DNA of 64,000 bases from Octopus bimaculoides (lineage: Eukaryota), in assembly GCF_001194135.2 (NCBI RefSeq), contig NC_068987.1:58903644-58967643 (forward strand). The letters are read 5' to 3'. Every line of letters begins with the position of its first letter. Within the stretch, counting starts at the first letter, position 1. Position numbers and translations under genes: made by a program. This document shows positions 53,370 to 63,822 of the stretch, one piece after another. Under the pieces are notes generated by a model, which was not told the origin of the DNA, searched no databases, and saw only the letters and a list, made by a program, of their open reading frames with translations.

Positions 53370-55159
53370 GTCTAGCTGTCTAGCTGTTTGTTTGTCTGTC
53401 TACCTGTCTATCTACCTACCTATCTAGCTTTCAGGAAGTTGATTGTTGTGGCCGGTCAGAGAGTGACTATTGGTTTTGCACCTATAAAATGCTTAGCTGC
53501 ATAGGCGACTTGTCAGACACAAATGGCTGAAGGCACATACAATTTCAGATGTCATGGTCAGTTAGTTTTGTAAACAAAAACACATTCGGAATGGTTGGGC
53601 AGGTGTTACAGGCTTGATGGGGTTATCTCCCTTACATCTGTCTGTCTGTGATTGATTGGCAGAATCAGTGTGTTAGATTTACATTAATTATTTCGAGTTC
53701 TGTGTTTTGAGTTCAAATCTGAATGAAGTCAACTTTGCTTTTCATCCTTTCAGAAGCAATAAGATTAAGTACCAGTCCTCTACTGAGGTCATTTCTTCTC
53801 TTTCTCGCATTCATTCATTCATTCATTATTTTTTCTGTGTCTGTCTTACTTTTTACTCTTCTGAAAGAAATAGGCTATGGTCAGACCTGGAGAGAAACAG
53901 ACACTAGTTAGGTCTAAAAATGTCGAGATACATCATATGTTAAGACAGTGTCTGTCTCTAGAACAACATCAAGATGTTAAGGGCCAAAAACAAGGCATAT
54001 CTATAACATTACTGTATTTTTATCACTGGATATACATTTTTTGTAACCAATTAATTCTCTTCCTTTTTATACTAATTATATAAAATTCTATTAATGTCAA
54101 TTCAGTGTTATAGTACTTTGAAATATTGTCACTTTTATTATCAATCCACTATCAAAATATGGACTTGATATCTATATATATAAAAGGCAGGATGTGTGTG
54201 TATTTGAATGTAATGTTGATGTTACTTAGTTTAGTTTGAATTAAAGAACTTGATTAGCTTAATAATCCTAACTTAATCCTGGGCAAAGCTGGACTATACT
54301 GCTAGTATGTTATATAATAGAATTGTTTTCAATGAATTATTCTTTCCTACAGATTTATTGTATTAAGCTGATCTAACAAATCCTAATTTTTACAATCATC
54401 ATATTCATAGTCATCATGACCACACTCTGGGCCATATCTTATTAGTTTATAGAGCTTAGCTTATTGAAAAACCATCTACTTTAGTAGTAGCAACAGCAGT
54501 AGTTTAGTCAGTCAGCCCTGACTGAGCAGACTTATTGAGAGTATTCTAGCAATGATAATTACATTTTTCTTTTCTTTTTGCTGGTTACAGTGTGTCTTAG
54601 ATCATCTTATCAAATGTCTCTTTTTCTTTTCCTAAAAATGATAGGGTGTGATTTGAGGGAGACCTGACTTATTTCTCAAGAGACAAGTAACTCTATAGAG
54701 ACTACTTCAATAGCTTGTAGCAGCACCATCAGCAGCGCTTGCAGAAGATAGTGGTAATGAAGTAATGTTTTTTTTTTGATCCATTCAATAGAAAAGAAAT
54801 ATAGAACAGATCTCGAGAGATCAGATGTCCAACTGCTTTTATTTTTCTCCTTCGACTTATTTAACAATGTAGTAAAAACATGAAAACACCCTGATAAAAA
54901 AATCCCAAACAAGCAAAAAAAAACAAATACTGATACTTACCTATGTAATCCTCATCAAAACTCTGGCCACTTGGGATGATTTTTTGCACAAGCTTTTTCT
55001 GATGTGCAACAACAGAAGACACAGAAACAACAAACCAACAGTTGCCTAGGAAAAGTGAAAATCAGGAGTTTAGTAAATGATAAAGAGAAATAGATTATGT
55101 ATGTATGTATTTATATATTATAAAGTCTGTGATATAAATATTGGTCTTTCCATGATGAG

Positions 55160-55190
<31 letters not shown>

Positions 55191-58100
55191 AAGAGGGAGA
55201 GAGAGAGAGAGAGATTAGTTCCAATCTAGGGATTAACTCTACAGCTTAATGCTTATGTCATAATTGTTGAGAACCAATAAGTTTTAAATCATGATTTCAG
55301 TTACCAGTAGTCTTCTCTATCCAAAATCAAGCCGTCTGTCACCTGCCTGGCTCTTTAAATTCTATACTTTGAGATAAAGGTTCTTTTACTTAAGATAATA
55401 TAAAATATGGTTTTTGGGATGCAATTGGCTGAGCTACTATGATGTCGGATTAACATTCAGAGAATCAGCATTTGGATTATATCAATAGAAGTAGATTGTA
55501 TACATAGTGAAGGTGCATGTTATCAAGTAGTTCAGTTCACTGAACTATATAAGCAGTTATCACACACATAGAGGAACTTAACATTGTAGCTAGACACATC
55601 AGTGTAACTGATAAGAAGCTGAAGTACTGTATAATTGATTCAGCTTACAGTGCAGGGTTCAAATGCTCCCATGTGAAAGCTCATAAATCTATGGTGATGC
55701 AGAGAAGAATCAAACCTGAGGTCAGGTTTAACCAAAATCCATACCAATGCCCAGGTATAAGTAGATAAGTCAGATTTAAAAATAACTACAGACAAAAAAA
55801 AAGTAAAATGTCATATGGATTAAGCCAGTGTTTCTTTATATCGCGGTGGTGGTAGTGGGTAAAGATTGATGAGGAAATTGACAAATTACTTTGCTTAATA
55901 AAATTAACAATTGTTTTTATAATCACAATTCTAAGAAATTAGGAACCTGTAATTTTTAACCATTGAAATAAACATAAATTTCATTATAGCTCACTTCTTT
56001 TAATTTGCACGCAAGAAAAGTTGCAACTCTAAACTTCAAATTACAACAGCCATTCCATCATGTAAAAAACAGTTGACTTTGTGATCTGCTTGCTCTTCAG
56101 ACACACATAACTTATGACAGGCCATTCCTGTTGATTTGTATTTTACCTCTACCTCTCACAATGATCGTTTCTTATTGGCGTTGTAGATGTATATAGGTAT
56201 ATACGATATATTGCCAAATAATATTTTGCATGCAGAATGCAACATGTCAAAATTTGCGTTATATTAATCATTGTAGGTCATTCAGAATTCTACTTGAACA
56301 TTAAGGAAAGCAATAATCTTCTTTCCATTGCATCTTGATTTGCTTAGAGTTAAACTAATGGATAAATTCATACAGTAGATATCTGATACAGAAAAACTTC
56401 TACCTCAGCTGAAAACTAAGCAACATGAAGCTTCCTATGTAAAATACAGTGTTTGTATGCGGTGGCAACCCCAGTGAGTCAAAAGAAAGTGTGTTGTATG
56501 TAATGTTGAATTATCAAATGAAAATTTAACACTTTTGTCACCATATTTCTGTTTAGATACACTATCTTTATCTCAGTTAATTTTAAAAATGATGAAATAT
56601 TTAGTAAAATAACTATCATTCATGATTGTTACCAGCATCGCCTTACTGGCACTTGTGCCGGTGGCACATGAAAAATGATTCGAGTGAGGTCGTTGCCAGT
56701 GCCGCTGGACTGGCTCCTGTGCAGGTGGCATGTAAAAAACCATTTTGAGCGTGGCCATTGCCAGCACCACCTGACTGGCCCTCGTGCCAGTGGCACGTAA
56801 AAGCATCCACTACACTCTCAGAGGGGTTGGCATTAAGAAGGGCATCCAGCTGTGGAAACTCTGTCAGATCAGATTGGAGCCTGGTGCAGCCTTCTGGTTC
56901 GCCAGTCCTCAGTCAAATCGTCCAACCCATGCTAGCATGGAAGGCGGACGTTAAACGATGATGATGAAGGTGGTATGAAAATTTGAAGGGAAGTTTTAAT
57001 ATAGACTACTTCAAAATAGGAAGCCATAGAATCAGGAGTGGTCTGAGTTTGCTTGTTTAGAATATCTTGTTTTTGATACAAACCAAGAATTTAAAGACCT
57101 GCAAAAGGATTTTTCAAAACTTGGCAACTGTCATTCAAACTCAAAAAACAAAAAATACAACAACAACTAAATATTCAATCTCATGTGCTACAAAATCTTC
57201 GAGTTATTCAAAAGCATTCTACACTGTGTTCAAAATGATTGCAAAGGTTATGAAAGCACATACAACTTATGCTGTCTTCTATCTTTTCCTTGTTTCAGTC
57301 ATTGGACTGAAGCCATGCTGGGGCATCACCTTGAAGGGTTTTAATTGAATAAATCAACCCCAGGACTATTTTTTAAAAAAGCCTAGCACTTATTCTATCA
57401 GTCTCTTTTGCCAAACCGCTAAGTTATGGGGACATAAACACACCAACATCGGTTGTCAAGTGGTGATGGGAGGGAGGGAGGGACACACACACACACACAC
57501 ACAATGGGGTTCTTTCAGTTTCCGTCTAGCAAATCCACTCACAAGGTTTTGATTGTCCAAAGTCTATAGTTGAAGATACCTGCCCAAGGTGCCATGCAGT
57601 GGGACTGAACCCAGAACCATGTGGCTGGGAAGCAAACTTCTTACCACACTGCACCTATGTTTAATATCTTTATGAAAATAAATACCATGAAGACCCCTTT
57701 GCTTTCTTGCAGCTTCAAGCAATACCAAGTGGAATTCTCCAAGTGTTGTTAATTTTTCTTGTGAATAACAAATATGATTGATGCAATATGCACAGACAGT
57801 GCTGCTAACATGACAGGAAAGCACAGTGGATTTTGTGCTAGAGGCAAATAATTACATGAGCATGATTTTTTTGCAAACACATTACATTATTCATTGACAG
57901 GTTCTAGTATCAAAGAAAATAAATATTGATTTATTTGTGAATTTGTAAACTATTACATATCAGGTTTTGAATTATTTAATGCTACAGGAATTGCTGACAA
58001 AAACTCACTTAGACCACTAAAAACATAGAAAACAAAAAAATCAGATAGCTTACACATGGAAAGGTTCCTTGAAGAGTACTGGAGCTTTGTAACAAATTAA

Positions 58101-59101
58101 GGTTTTTTTTTTGTTATATCTAAAAAAGCATCAGATTTAGTTAGTTTTTGGAATGAGATTTGTGTCATTTTCATCTTATCTCACTGACTTCTTAGATAAA
58201 GTCATGATTAGTGAAGAACTCTAATCATGTTTTCCTAAGGAGAGCATTCACATTTGTTTCCACAAAATGGAAAAAAATTCGTGCATTTAGCAAAAATGAA
58301 ACTGGCTATATTGAATTATCAGTTAGAAACTAGATGTCATTTTCTTCTCTTCGGACTTTTTTTTAGAAACACAGAAGTTGTGGACACTACCAGAAGCATC
58401 TAAAGGTTTGACTGAGATTCCAGATAAAAAGTACAATTAGTTAGGGAATCTGTTTATGTGTGATGTTGAAGAAATTTTGCATTGTCAAAGAGATTTTTCA
58501 TTGGAAAATCAAATTTCATGGCTATTCTAGTAATGATGTTAAATATTTACCAGAAAACAGAACCGGTATTTTCTGCAAGTCTCATTGCCTCAGTAAACCT
58601 GCCATATCTGGACAGAAAATAGTTTCAAACATGACATTCCTTAACAAAAGATAGACACATATATAAAACTGCTTTTCACAATTAAAAATAATGAAAATTT
58701 GAGTGGATATATCTGATTTCTGCAGTATAAGGGTTAAGGGGAAAAATTATTGATATGAGGTACTGTTTTAAAAATGTTGTTTCAGTGTTGTAATATTCAA
58801 AGATTTTGGAGTGAATTTGTATCTGTTCAACAGCACTGAAACTGCTTACAGAAAGCAAAACAAATCCTGCCTCCATTTTGCTCAACATATTTGAATGGGA
58901 AAGACTTTTTCTACTGTAGCAAGCATAATAACAGAATACAGAAGTTATCTACAAGTGGAAAGTGACATATGACATGCCTTGACAAACATTCGCTTAAGAA
59001 TTGAGGTACTTGTCAATAAACTAACATCACTATAAGTTTTATTTCTGGGTGTATTTTACTTTGGGTTAAGTTATGTACATTGCACTTACAAATATCTAAA
59101 C
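26338..59101 (-). CDS. Classical calpain gene (CysPc protease core + CBSW/C2-like + penta-EF-hand), multi-exon, 5' part incomplete
   Basis: 18 GT-AG exons from 55045 to 26338 join in frame without stops (1790 nt, about 596 aa). Motifs [86 protein letters not shown] and EF-hand [12 protein letters not shown]. Orthologue cannot be assigned without a search. Confidence 0.95.
26520..26750 (-). mobile_element. tRNA-derived SINE, family D
   Basis: Reverse complement copy; others near 11495-11690, 19395-19605, 24210-24400, 52620-52900 and 61995-62135. Confidence 0.85.
27878..27945 (-). CDS. Calpain PEF exon, EF5 ([23 protein letters not shown])
   Basis: tttttaacag|AA...GAA|gtaagt, 68 nt. Confidence 0.88.
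28800..28916 (-). CDS. Calpain PEF exon, EF4 ([17 protein letters not shown]...[15 protein letters not shown])
   Basis: ttttttcag|GT...G|gtaagt, 117 nt, phase 1-1. Confidence 0.92.
29273..29536. mobile_element. Tc1/mariner-type MITE
   Basis: TA|CAGAGATGGTCAAAAGTTTGGAACA...TGTTCCAAACTTTTAGCTGTGACTG|TA. Confidence 0.75.
30092..30170 (-). CDS. Calpain PEF exon, EF3 ([27 protein letters not shown])
   Basis: tttttcag|AAA...G|gtaagt, 79 nt, canonical EF loop. Confidence 0.95.
30795..30863 (-). CDS. Calpain PEF exon, EF2 ([23 protein letters not shown])
   Basis: ctcttag|AAA...GCT|gtaagt, 69 nt. Confidence 0.9.
31140..33100 (-). mobile_element. Degenerate LINE ORF1-like remnant interrupted by a SINE
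   Basis: [25 protein letters not shown] (CX2CX4[H>Y]X4C knuckle at 31644-31685) and an SFAEAAK motif; many stops. Confidence 0.55.
32235..32566 (+). mobile_element. Family B short retroposon, (GAT)n tail
   Basis: ...CCATGCTAGCATGGAAAGCGGACGTTAAAC(GAT)n; other + copies near 7270-7535, 27085-27260, 56625-56967 and 59240-59450. Confidence 0.88.
33702..33763 (-). CDS. Calpain PEF exon ([21 protein letters not shown])
   Basis: ttccaccag|AA...GAT|gtatcctttt, 62 nt; equivalent to GFSLESCRSMVNLMD. Confidence 0.9.
34455..34825 (-). mobile_element. Family B short retroposon
   Basis: Reverse complement of the 32235 copy; other - copies near 17045-17200, 37545-37740, 47220-47420 and 49075-49280. Confidence 0.88.
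35631..35745 (-). CDS. Calpain PEF exon, EF1 ([38 protein letters not shown])
   Basis: ttttatcag|GAG...G|gtatga, 115 nt. Confidence 0.88.
36295..36336 (+). repeat. Three perfect copies of a 14-bp unit
   Basis: (GGCTGTTGGAGTCA)3. Confidence 0.95.
36644..36659 (-). CDS. Calpain 16-nt linker microexon (S-TDMIN)
   Basis: Long T tract + ctacag|CACAGACATGATAAAT|gtaagt; the only candidate I found that converts phase 2 to the phase 0 needed by the next exon. Confidence 0.8.
37785..38270 (-). mobile_element. Family B copy with an internal 115-bp tandem duplication
   Basis: Units start at 37966 and 38081 (CGAAGGCCAGTCAGGCGGTACTGGC...). Confidence 0.88.
38839..39056 (-). CDS. Calpain CBSW exon (LHYPV...[41 protein letters not shown])
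   Basis: ttttcccag|CTG...AG|gtaaat, 218 nt. Confidence 0.96.
39316..39367 (+). ncRNA. Minimal type I hammerhead ribozyme motif in a probable Penelope-like repeat fragment (about 39295-39530)
   Basis: CTACA-[UUGAUAA]-GGGG caata CCCC-GAAAC TA GTC-TGTAG: stems I, II and III present, palindromic stem III ACTAGT, GUC cleavage triplet. Confidence 0.75.
39903..40048 (-). CDS. Calpain CBSW exon (MYWKNPQ...IVSLMEE...INFDVYK)
   Basis: cttatcag|AT...AAG|gtatga, 146 nt. Confidence 0.93.
41750..41814. ncRNA. Pre-miRNA-like hairpin in calpain intron
   Basis: 17-bp perfect inverted repeat TTCCATGTCATCAGCAG / CTGCTGATGACATGGAA with inner and outer extensions. Confidence 0.35.
42002..42089 (-). CDS. Calpain CBSW exon ([29 protein letters not shown])
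   Basis: ttattatag|GAC...G|gtaagt, 88 nt, TAGGC motif. Confidence 0.93.
43536..43629 (-). CDS. Calpain CysPc C-terminal exon ([31 protein letters not shown])
   Basis: ctttag|G...ACA|gtaagt, 94 nt. Confidence 0.93.
44100..44470 (-). mobile_element. tRNA-derived SINE, family A
   Basis: Full-length copy, TSD CTCATGTTTTAAT. Confidence 0.92.
45468..45545 (-). CDS. Calpain CysPc exon ([26 protein letters not shown])
   Basis: tttttatatag|A...TG|gtaagt, 78 nt, phase 2-2. Confidence 0.94.
45810..46191 (+). mobile_element. tRNA-derived SINE, family A
   Basis: Full-length copy, TSD ACTTTACCATG. Confidence 0.92.
47625..47710 (-). CDS. Calpain exon with catalytic Asn ([29 protein letters not shown])
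   Basis: ctttacag|GTG...AC|gtatgt, 86 nt (below ORF-track cutoff); Asn codon at 47666-47668. Confidence 0.96.
49535..49750 (+). mobile_element. tRNA-derived SINE, family D
   Basis: AAGGCGGTGAGCTGGCAGAA...GAGTTCAAATT...GGGGTCGATCTAATCGAC; other + copies near 16350-16525 and 18820-19005. Confidence 0.85.
49927..50423. repeat. Tandem duplication of the His exon and flanks; second copy internally deleted
   Basis: Units at about 49927-50137 and 50139-50423 share TTTTGCTTAGTTTGCAGGTTTTGGAAG and TTTCATTCTTCCTCTGAAAACA...GAAGATGGTATTCCTAGA. Confidence 0.9.
50228..50317 (-). CDS. Calpain exon with catalytic His (RKNE...[15 protein letters not shown])
   Basis: ttttcag|AGG...CAG|gtcagt, 90 nt; His codon at 50255-50257. 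Confidence 0.96.
50628..50782. mobile_element. Tc1/mariner-type MITE, same family as 29273
   Basis: TA|CAGTCATGGCTAAAAGTTTGAAA...TTTCAAACATTTGGCCATCACTG|TA. Confidence 0.78.
51676..51853 (-). CDS. Calpain CysPc exon ([11 protein letters not shown]...DLTGG...IGAAIY)
   Basis: ttcag|G...TAT|gtgagt, 178 nt. Confidence 0.96.
52440..52593 (-). CDS. Calpain CysPc exon ([12 protein letters not shown]...[13 protein letters not shown])
   Basis: tttgcag|GT...AA|gtaagt, 154 nt. Confidence 0.97.
54941..55045 (-). CDS. Calpain exon with catalytic Cys ([36 protein letters not shown])
   Basis: ttttcctag|GC...G|gtaagt, 105 nt; Cys codon at 55038-55040. Confidence 0.95.
   Translation of the reverse strand, partial: ATVGLLFLCLLLLHIRKSLCKKSSQVARVLMRIT
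58551..58607 (-). CDS. Calpain N-terminal exon ([19 protein letters not shown])
   Basis: ttctgtccag|A...TG|gtaaat, 57 nt, open frame resembling the helix before the calpain DPxFP motif. Confidence 0.55.
59090..59101 (-). CDS. Calpain 12-nt microexon (x-FRY-L)
   Basis: tttgacag|GTTTAGATATTT|gtaagt, phase 2-2. With the next exon it gives [21 protein letters not shown], aligning without gaps to [21 protein letters not shown] of calpain-1 (recalled sequence). Confidence 0.5.
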
Positions 59102-60886
59102 CTGTCAAACACCATAGCAAAGAAATAAGAATTATTTGCAGTTTAGCCAAATGAAATATGTTCAATGGAAGCTGAATTTAATTAAGCTAAAAAGTGCTAA
59201 TAATGACAAGTTGAAATTGATATAGAATATAAAACTATAGTACCACCTGACTGGCCTTTGTGCCGGTGGCACATAAAAGCACCCACTACACTCTCGGAGT
59301 GGTTGGCGTTAGGAAGGGCATCCAGCTGTAGAAACTCTGCCAAATCAGATTGGAGCCTGGTGTAGCCATCTGGTTTCACCAGTCCTCAGTCAAATCGTCC
59401 AACCCATGCTAGCATGGAAAGTGGACGTTAAACGATGATGATGATGATGATTTATATATTTTCTAAATGTGTTTTAAAACTGCAGTGTTCTTTCATTATT
59501 GATACATAAAACCAACAAGATGAAAACTAAATCTTGTTTATGCCTTATAGTTTTGGGTTTTGTATTTTTAAAATTATTTGTTACTTTAAATGCACAGTAC
59601 AAAACATGTTTAATTCAGTATCACAACAGCCTGGTGCCCTCCCATTCTTGCAACTTCTCTTTCTCAACTATTTAGAAATAATTGCACATGCATTTTATTG
59701 AAGTTTTACAGAGATGCTTTTGCTGTAATTGACGAGCCCCCCCCCCTCTCCCAAAATTTTTGGTCTTATGCCTATAAAAGAAAGGTTTATGTATTAACAC
59801 CAGGAGTATTAGCACCTGGAAGAATTGTTAGAGTATCAAAAATTGCTTTATGGTATTTGTTCTGGCTCTATACTTTCTGAGTTCAAATCCCCTGTGAGGT
59901 CAACTTCGCCTTTCATCCTTCCAGAATCAAAATAAAGTACTAGTCCAGTAATGAAGTTGACAGCATCAACTATTCCCCAATCCTATTATGTCTTGCATGA
60001 AAAGGTAAAACAACAAAAAAAGAACAAGATTATTAAATTGGACTTTAAGAGACTTGGTGTGGGATTAGAAGTAGATTAGCTCCAAAAGTGCTAAATAAAC
60101 GACACTGATAATATTAGTGTAGGCTATTTTGTCATCTCATTCATAAAGGAGGTGGTAAGTTTCACTAATGTTTAGAGGGAAGACATTGGTACTTAACAGT
60201 CTGAGAATCATTGGGCTAGACGAATGACTATTCTGTTATTACAAAACTGGATTTTGTCATTGGACTGCAGCTGTGCTGAGGTACCGTTTTCTGTATGAGG
60301 CATCCTATCCTTGTCAGCTAGCAAGCTCAGTGGATTAAATACTACAAGTTATTTTCTTTCATGCAGCAATTCATCTTCCAGATCCTTATACATACGCATT
60401 CATTCATGCATGCATGCATACATACATACATACATGACTAGTCTGTTGACATTATCTAAATGCCAAGGAAAGAGCTTTGTTCCAAAGCTAAGAACCAGCT
60501 CTTCTCTTTCTCCATTGGTGACACATTCGAAATATACAACCAGAGTTACACATACAAACACAAACGTATGCACATCACATTTATAACGAAGAGAAAGCAA
60601 AATGCTTTAGGAATACTTTTATGTATAGTATAATATTTGCGTATAGTATAATTATATTCAATACTTCATATACAATATAATTATATTCGGTTGGTGCCGC
60701 TTGGCGTGACTTTACGTTTCACATTGACTAACCAATCGGTTGGCATAGCACGCATGCATACATATATTGCACACGCACATATCCCGCATACGTATGAATA
60801 CTTATGAATGCACATATGTAAAAAGTAATGAAACATACACACTAGTTTTTTATTGTGTGCATGTTTATGCATATACACACATATAC

Positions 60887-61353
60887 AGTGGAGGCGCAAT
60901 GGCCCAGTGGTTAGAGCAGCAGACTCGCGGTTATAGGATTGCGGTTTCGAATCCCAGACTGGGCGTTGTGAGTGTTTATTGAGCGCAAACACCTAAAGCT
61001 CCACGAGGCTCCGGCAGGGGATGGTGGTGAACCCTGCTGTACTCTTTCATCACAACTTTCTCTCACTCTTTCTTCCGGTTTCTGTGGTACCTGTATTTCA
61101 AAGGGCCAGCCTTGTCACACTGTGTCACGNNNNNNNNNNCTTTCTCTCACTCTTTCTTCCGGTTTCTGTGGTACCTGTATTTCAAAGGGCCAGCCTTGTC
61201 ACACTGTGTCACGTTGAATATCTCCGAGAACTACGTTAAGGGTACACTTGTCTGTGGAGTGCTCAGCCACTTGCACGTTAATTTCATGAGCAGGCTGTTC
61301 CGTTTATCGGATCAACTGGAAACCTCGACGTCATAAGTGACGGAGTGCCAACA
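60887..61353 (+). mobile_element. tRNA-derived SINE, family A (contains a 10-N gap)
   Basis: Same family; TSD ACACATATAC. Confidence 0.9.
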
Positions 61354-61446
61354 ACACATATACACAAATTACGTCTATACATATACATAGATCAATCAAT
61401 CCAGATAGCCAGAAGACCCTTTACCCCAAGAACAGTCTTGAAATAA

Positions 61447-61660
61447 TCCTTTTGCATTCAGATTATTTAGTCAAATGTAATGCTCATTTATTGACATTGT
61501 TTTGAATTAATTTTGTATTACCTCATAGCTTCAGATTTTGATGATATGATTGTTTAATTTTAGAATCACATTGCAGGGTAGATGTGAGAGTCTGGATTTG
61601 GCTGAACATAAAACAGGTAGAATATTTGGGGCGGATGTGGACGGTTTAAATACTAAAGGG
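61447..61660 (-). mobile_element. Diverged copy of the piggyBac-type MITE
   Basis: Reverse-complement similarity to 8253-8472 along its length. Confidence 0.7.
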
Positions 61661-62384
61661 TGTGTCACTTTGGTAATGACAGTTTTGAATTCTACCAAAG
61701 GGTAGAAAAAAAAAATAAATAAAAGTAACCCTCTCCAAAATATATCTATTATAAAGCTAAGATTATTTTCTGTTGTTACTCAGTTTTGCGATACCTCGCT
61801 GATTGCACTGAGCTGTATGAATGAGGGATCATTAAACTAGAATTAGCAATAGAGAGTAATCTTAGCATTGTAATAAAACACTTTACTGAGATATCGAGTA
61901 ACTTAATCGTTGGTTTGTAATTACACACACGCACACAAAGAGGCTTCCATATAACTCGCGTTTAATCAAATTCATTCATAAGATATTCTTTTCTACTCTA
62001 GTCACAAGGCCCGAAATTTTGGAGGAGGGGTCCAGTCGATTAGATCGGTCCCAGTACGCAAGTGGTACTTAATTTATCGACTCCCGAAAGGATGAAAGGC
62101 GAAGTCGATCTCGGCGGAATTTAAACTCAGACCGTAAATTCATTCACAAGATATTGACCAACCCATGGCTATTGTTGATAGCACTTACCAAATGTGTCAC
62201 GCAGAGGGATTAAACCCAGATCGAACTATTATCCCCATATCTTTAGTTCAGGCGTTCTCAACCATTTTTGCTTGTGGACCCCTTTGATTCCTATTTCACT
62301 CTACTGGACCCCAAAAGCCATTTGAAATTTATAACAATAAAACCATTTTATTTTCGTAATTAAATACTATTAGGAATTTACTCT

Positions 62385-62750
62385 TACTTGTTTCAATCAT
62401 TTGACTGTGGTCATGCTGGAGCACCGCCTTTAGTCGAGCAAATCGACCTCAGGACTTATTCTTTGTAAGCCTAGTACTTATTCTATCGGTTTCTTTAGCC
62501 GAACCGCTAAGTTACGGGGACCTAAACACATCGGTTGTCAAGCGATGTTGGGAGGACAAATACAGACACACAAACACATACATGTATATATACATATATA
62601 CGATGGGCTTCTTTCAGTTTACGTCTACCAAATCCACTCACAAGGCTTGATCGGCCCGAGGCTATAGCAGAAGACACTTGCCCAAGGTGCCACGCAGTGG
62701 GGGACTGAACCGAAAACCATGCGGCTGGTAAGCAAGCTACTTACCACTCC
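62385..62750 (-). mobile_element. Bipartite SINE, family C
   Basis: Full-length; other - copies near 15238-15480, 15890-16300, 30355-30740, 48060-48430 and 57285-57650. Confidence 0.88.
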
Positions 62751-63796
62751 TACGCCTTGTATAAAAAATTGTATAAAAAATTGTTAGAATAGTTTCTGTA
62801 TTGCAGAATTATAAACAATTTATTGCTCATAATTTTTAACAACTAAATCTTATACGGACCCCGGTTCAGTATCACTGCTTTAGTTTAACCATCTTTTCGA
62901 TTCTATGACGGTGAAATATTTCAGAACTTATTTAACTCTAATCATATGTAATTTCGTGTACAAGCAGGGAAATGAATGTACAGAGTGTATACTCTGAAAT
63001 AATTACATTCTAAAACAAACAAAAAACCGGCTCTTCGTCAGTTTAAGCGATTCAACGATCAGTATTCAATTATTCGATCACCTTAACTACATTTCATTTA
63101 ATTAGCGTTTAAATGGTTGAACATACCATAGTAACACATGTACTTTTAATACATTTCATAGGCAGAATCAACGTAACAAGGCCGAGCATTCAAATTGCAT
63201 GTTAATTCCGATCGGCAGTTTTCTACACAGTTTCCGTCTACCCAGTTTTACATACAAGGCTTCGGTCCGTTAGAAAGCAACAACTGACTTCATGCTTATG
63301 TTAGAAATCACTATTTTAAACAGTATGGTTATTTGCATTGAATGTTAAACCTAAATGAATGTTAAAAGTTAAGTAGAGGAGTCTCATATATCGATGGACG
63401 GAAGTGGATACCTAAAGACAATTTTCCAGTAAGTGTATTTAACAACCAGCTTAAGGAATACATATAGTAACTAGTCACCATGATAAATTTCTTCATTTAT
63501 GGGAAGACATACTCAGCACTTATTTTTGTTAAGTTTTTCATTAATGTATTGCGTAAGTAAATCTCTTAACATTTGCAAACACAACACAATGATAAAAAGA
63601 AACTTAACAAAAGAACAGTCTTAATTAGGTTCAATTAAATCTAGACTGAAAAAGCAAATTAAAATCACAACCTGTGGTTTTAAAAAAAAAAAATCAATGA
63701 AGAGAGCGAAAGATAACAACCAATGAGCAAGCGCAAAACACAAACCAATGAACAAACATAAAAATGAGACCACATTGACACCAGCGAATATATTAC

Positions 63797-63822
63797 CGTA
63801 ACTGAATTTTAACAATCCTCAT
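63797..63822 (-). CDS. Speculative calpain start exon (MRIVKIQL-R)
   Basis: cttcag|ATG...CG|gtaata; ends in phase 2, matching the 12-nt exon. No homology support. Confidence 0.2.

Noticed and set aside
57685-57805. Phase-compatible candidate exon (…[22 protein letters not shown]) before the Cys exon
   Set aside because: No resemblance to DPxFP/WxRP/QG and weak splice sites
58009-58016. 8-nt segment with strong acceptor and GTGAGT donor
   Set aside because: Could not be placed in a calpain-like frame; recheck only with junction reads
61058-61210. About 70-bp direct repeat around a 10-N gap
   Set aside because: Typical unmerged contig overlap
63030-63055. CTGACGA on the minus strand (and CTGATGA at about 41790 and 48624)
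   Set aside because: No stem II or GAAA partner, so not hammerheads
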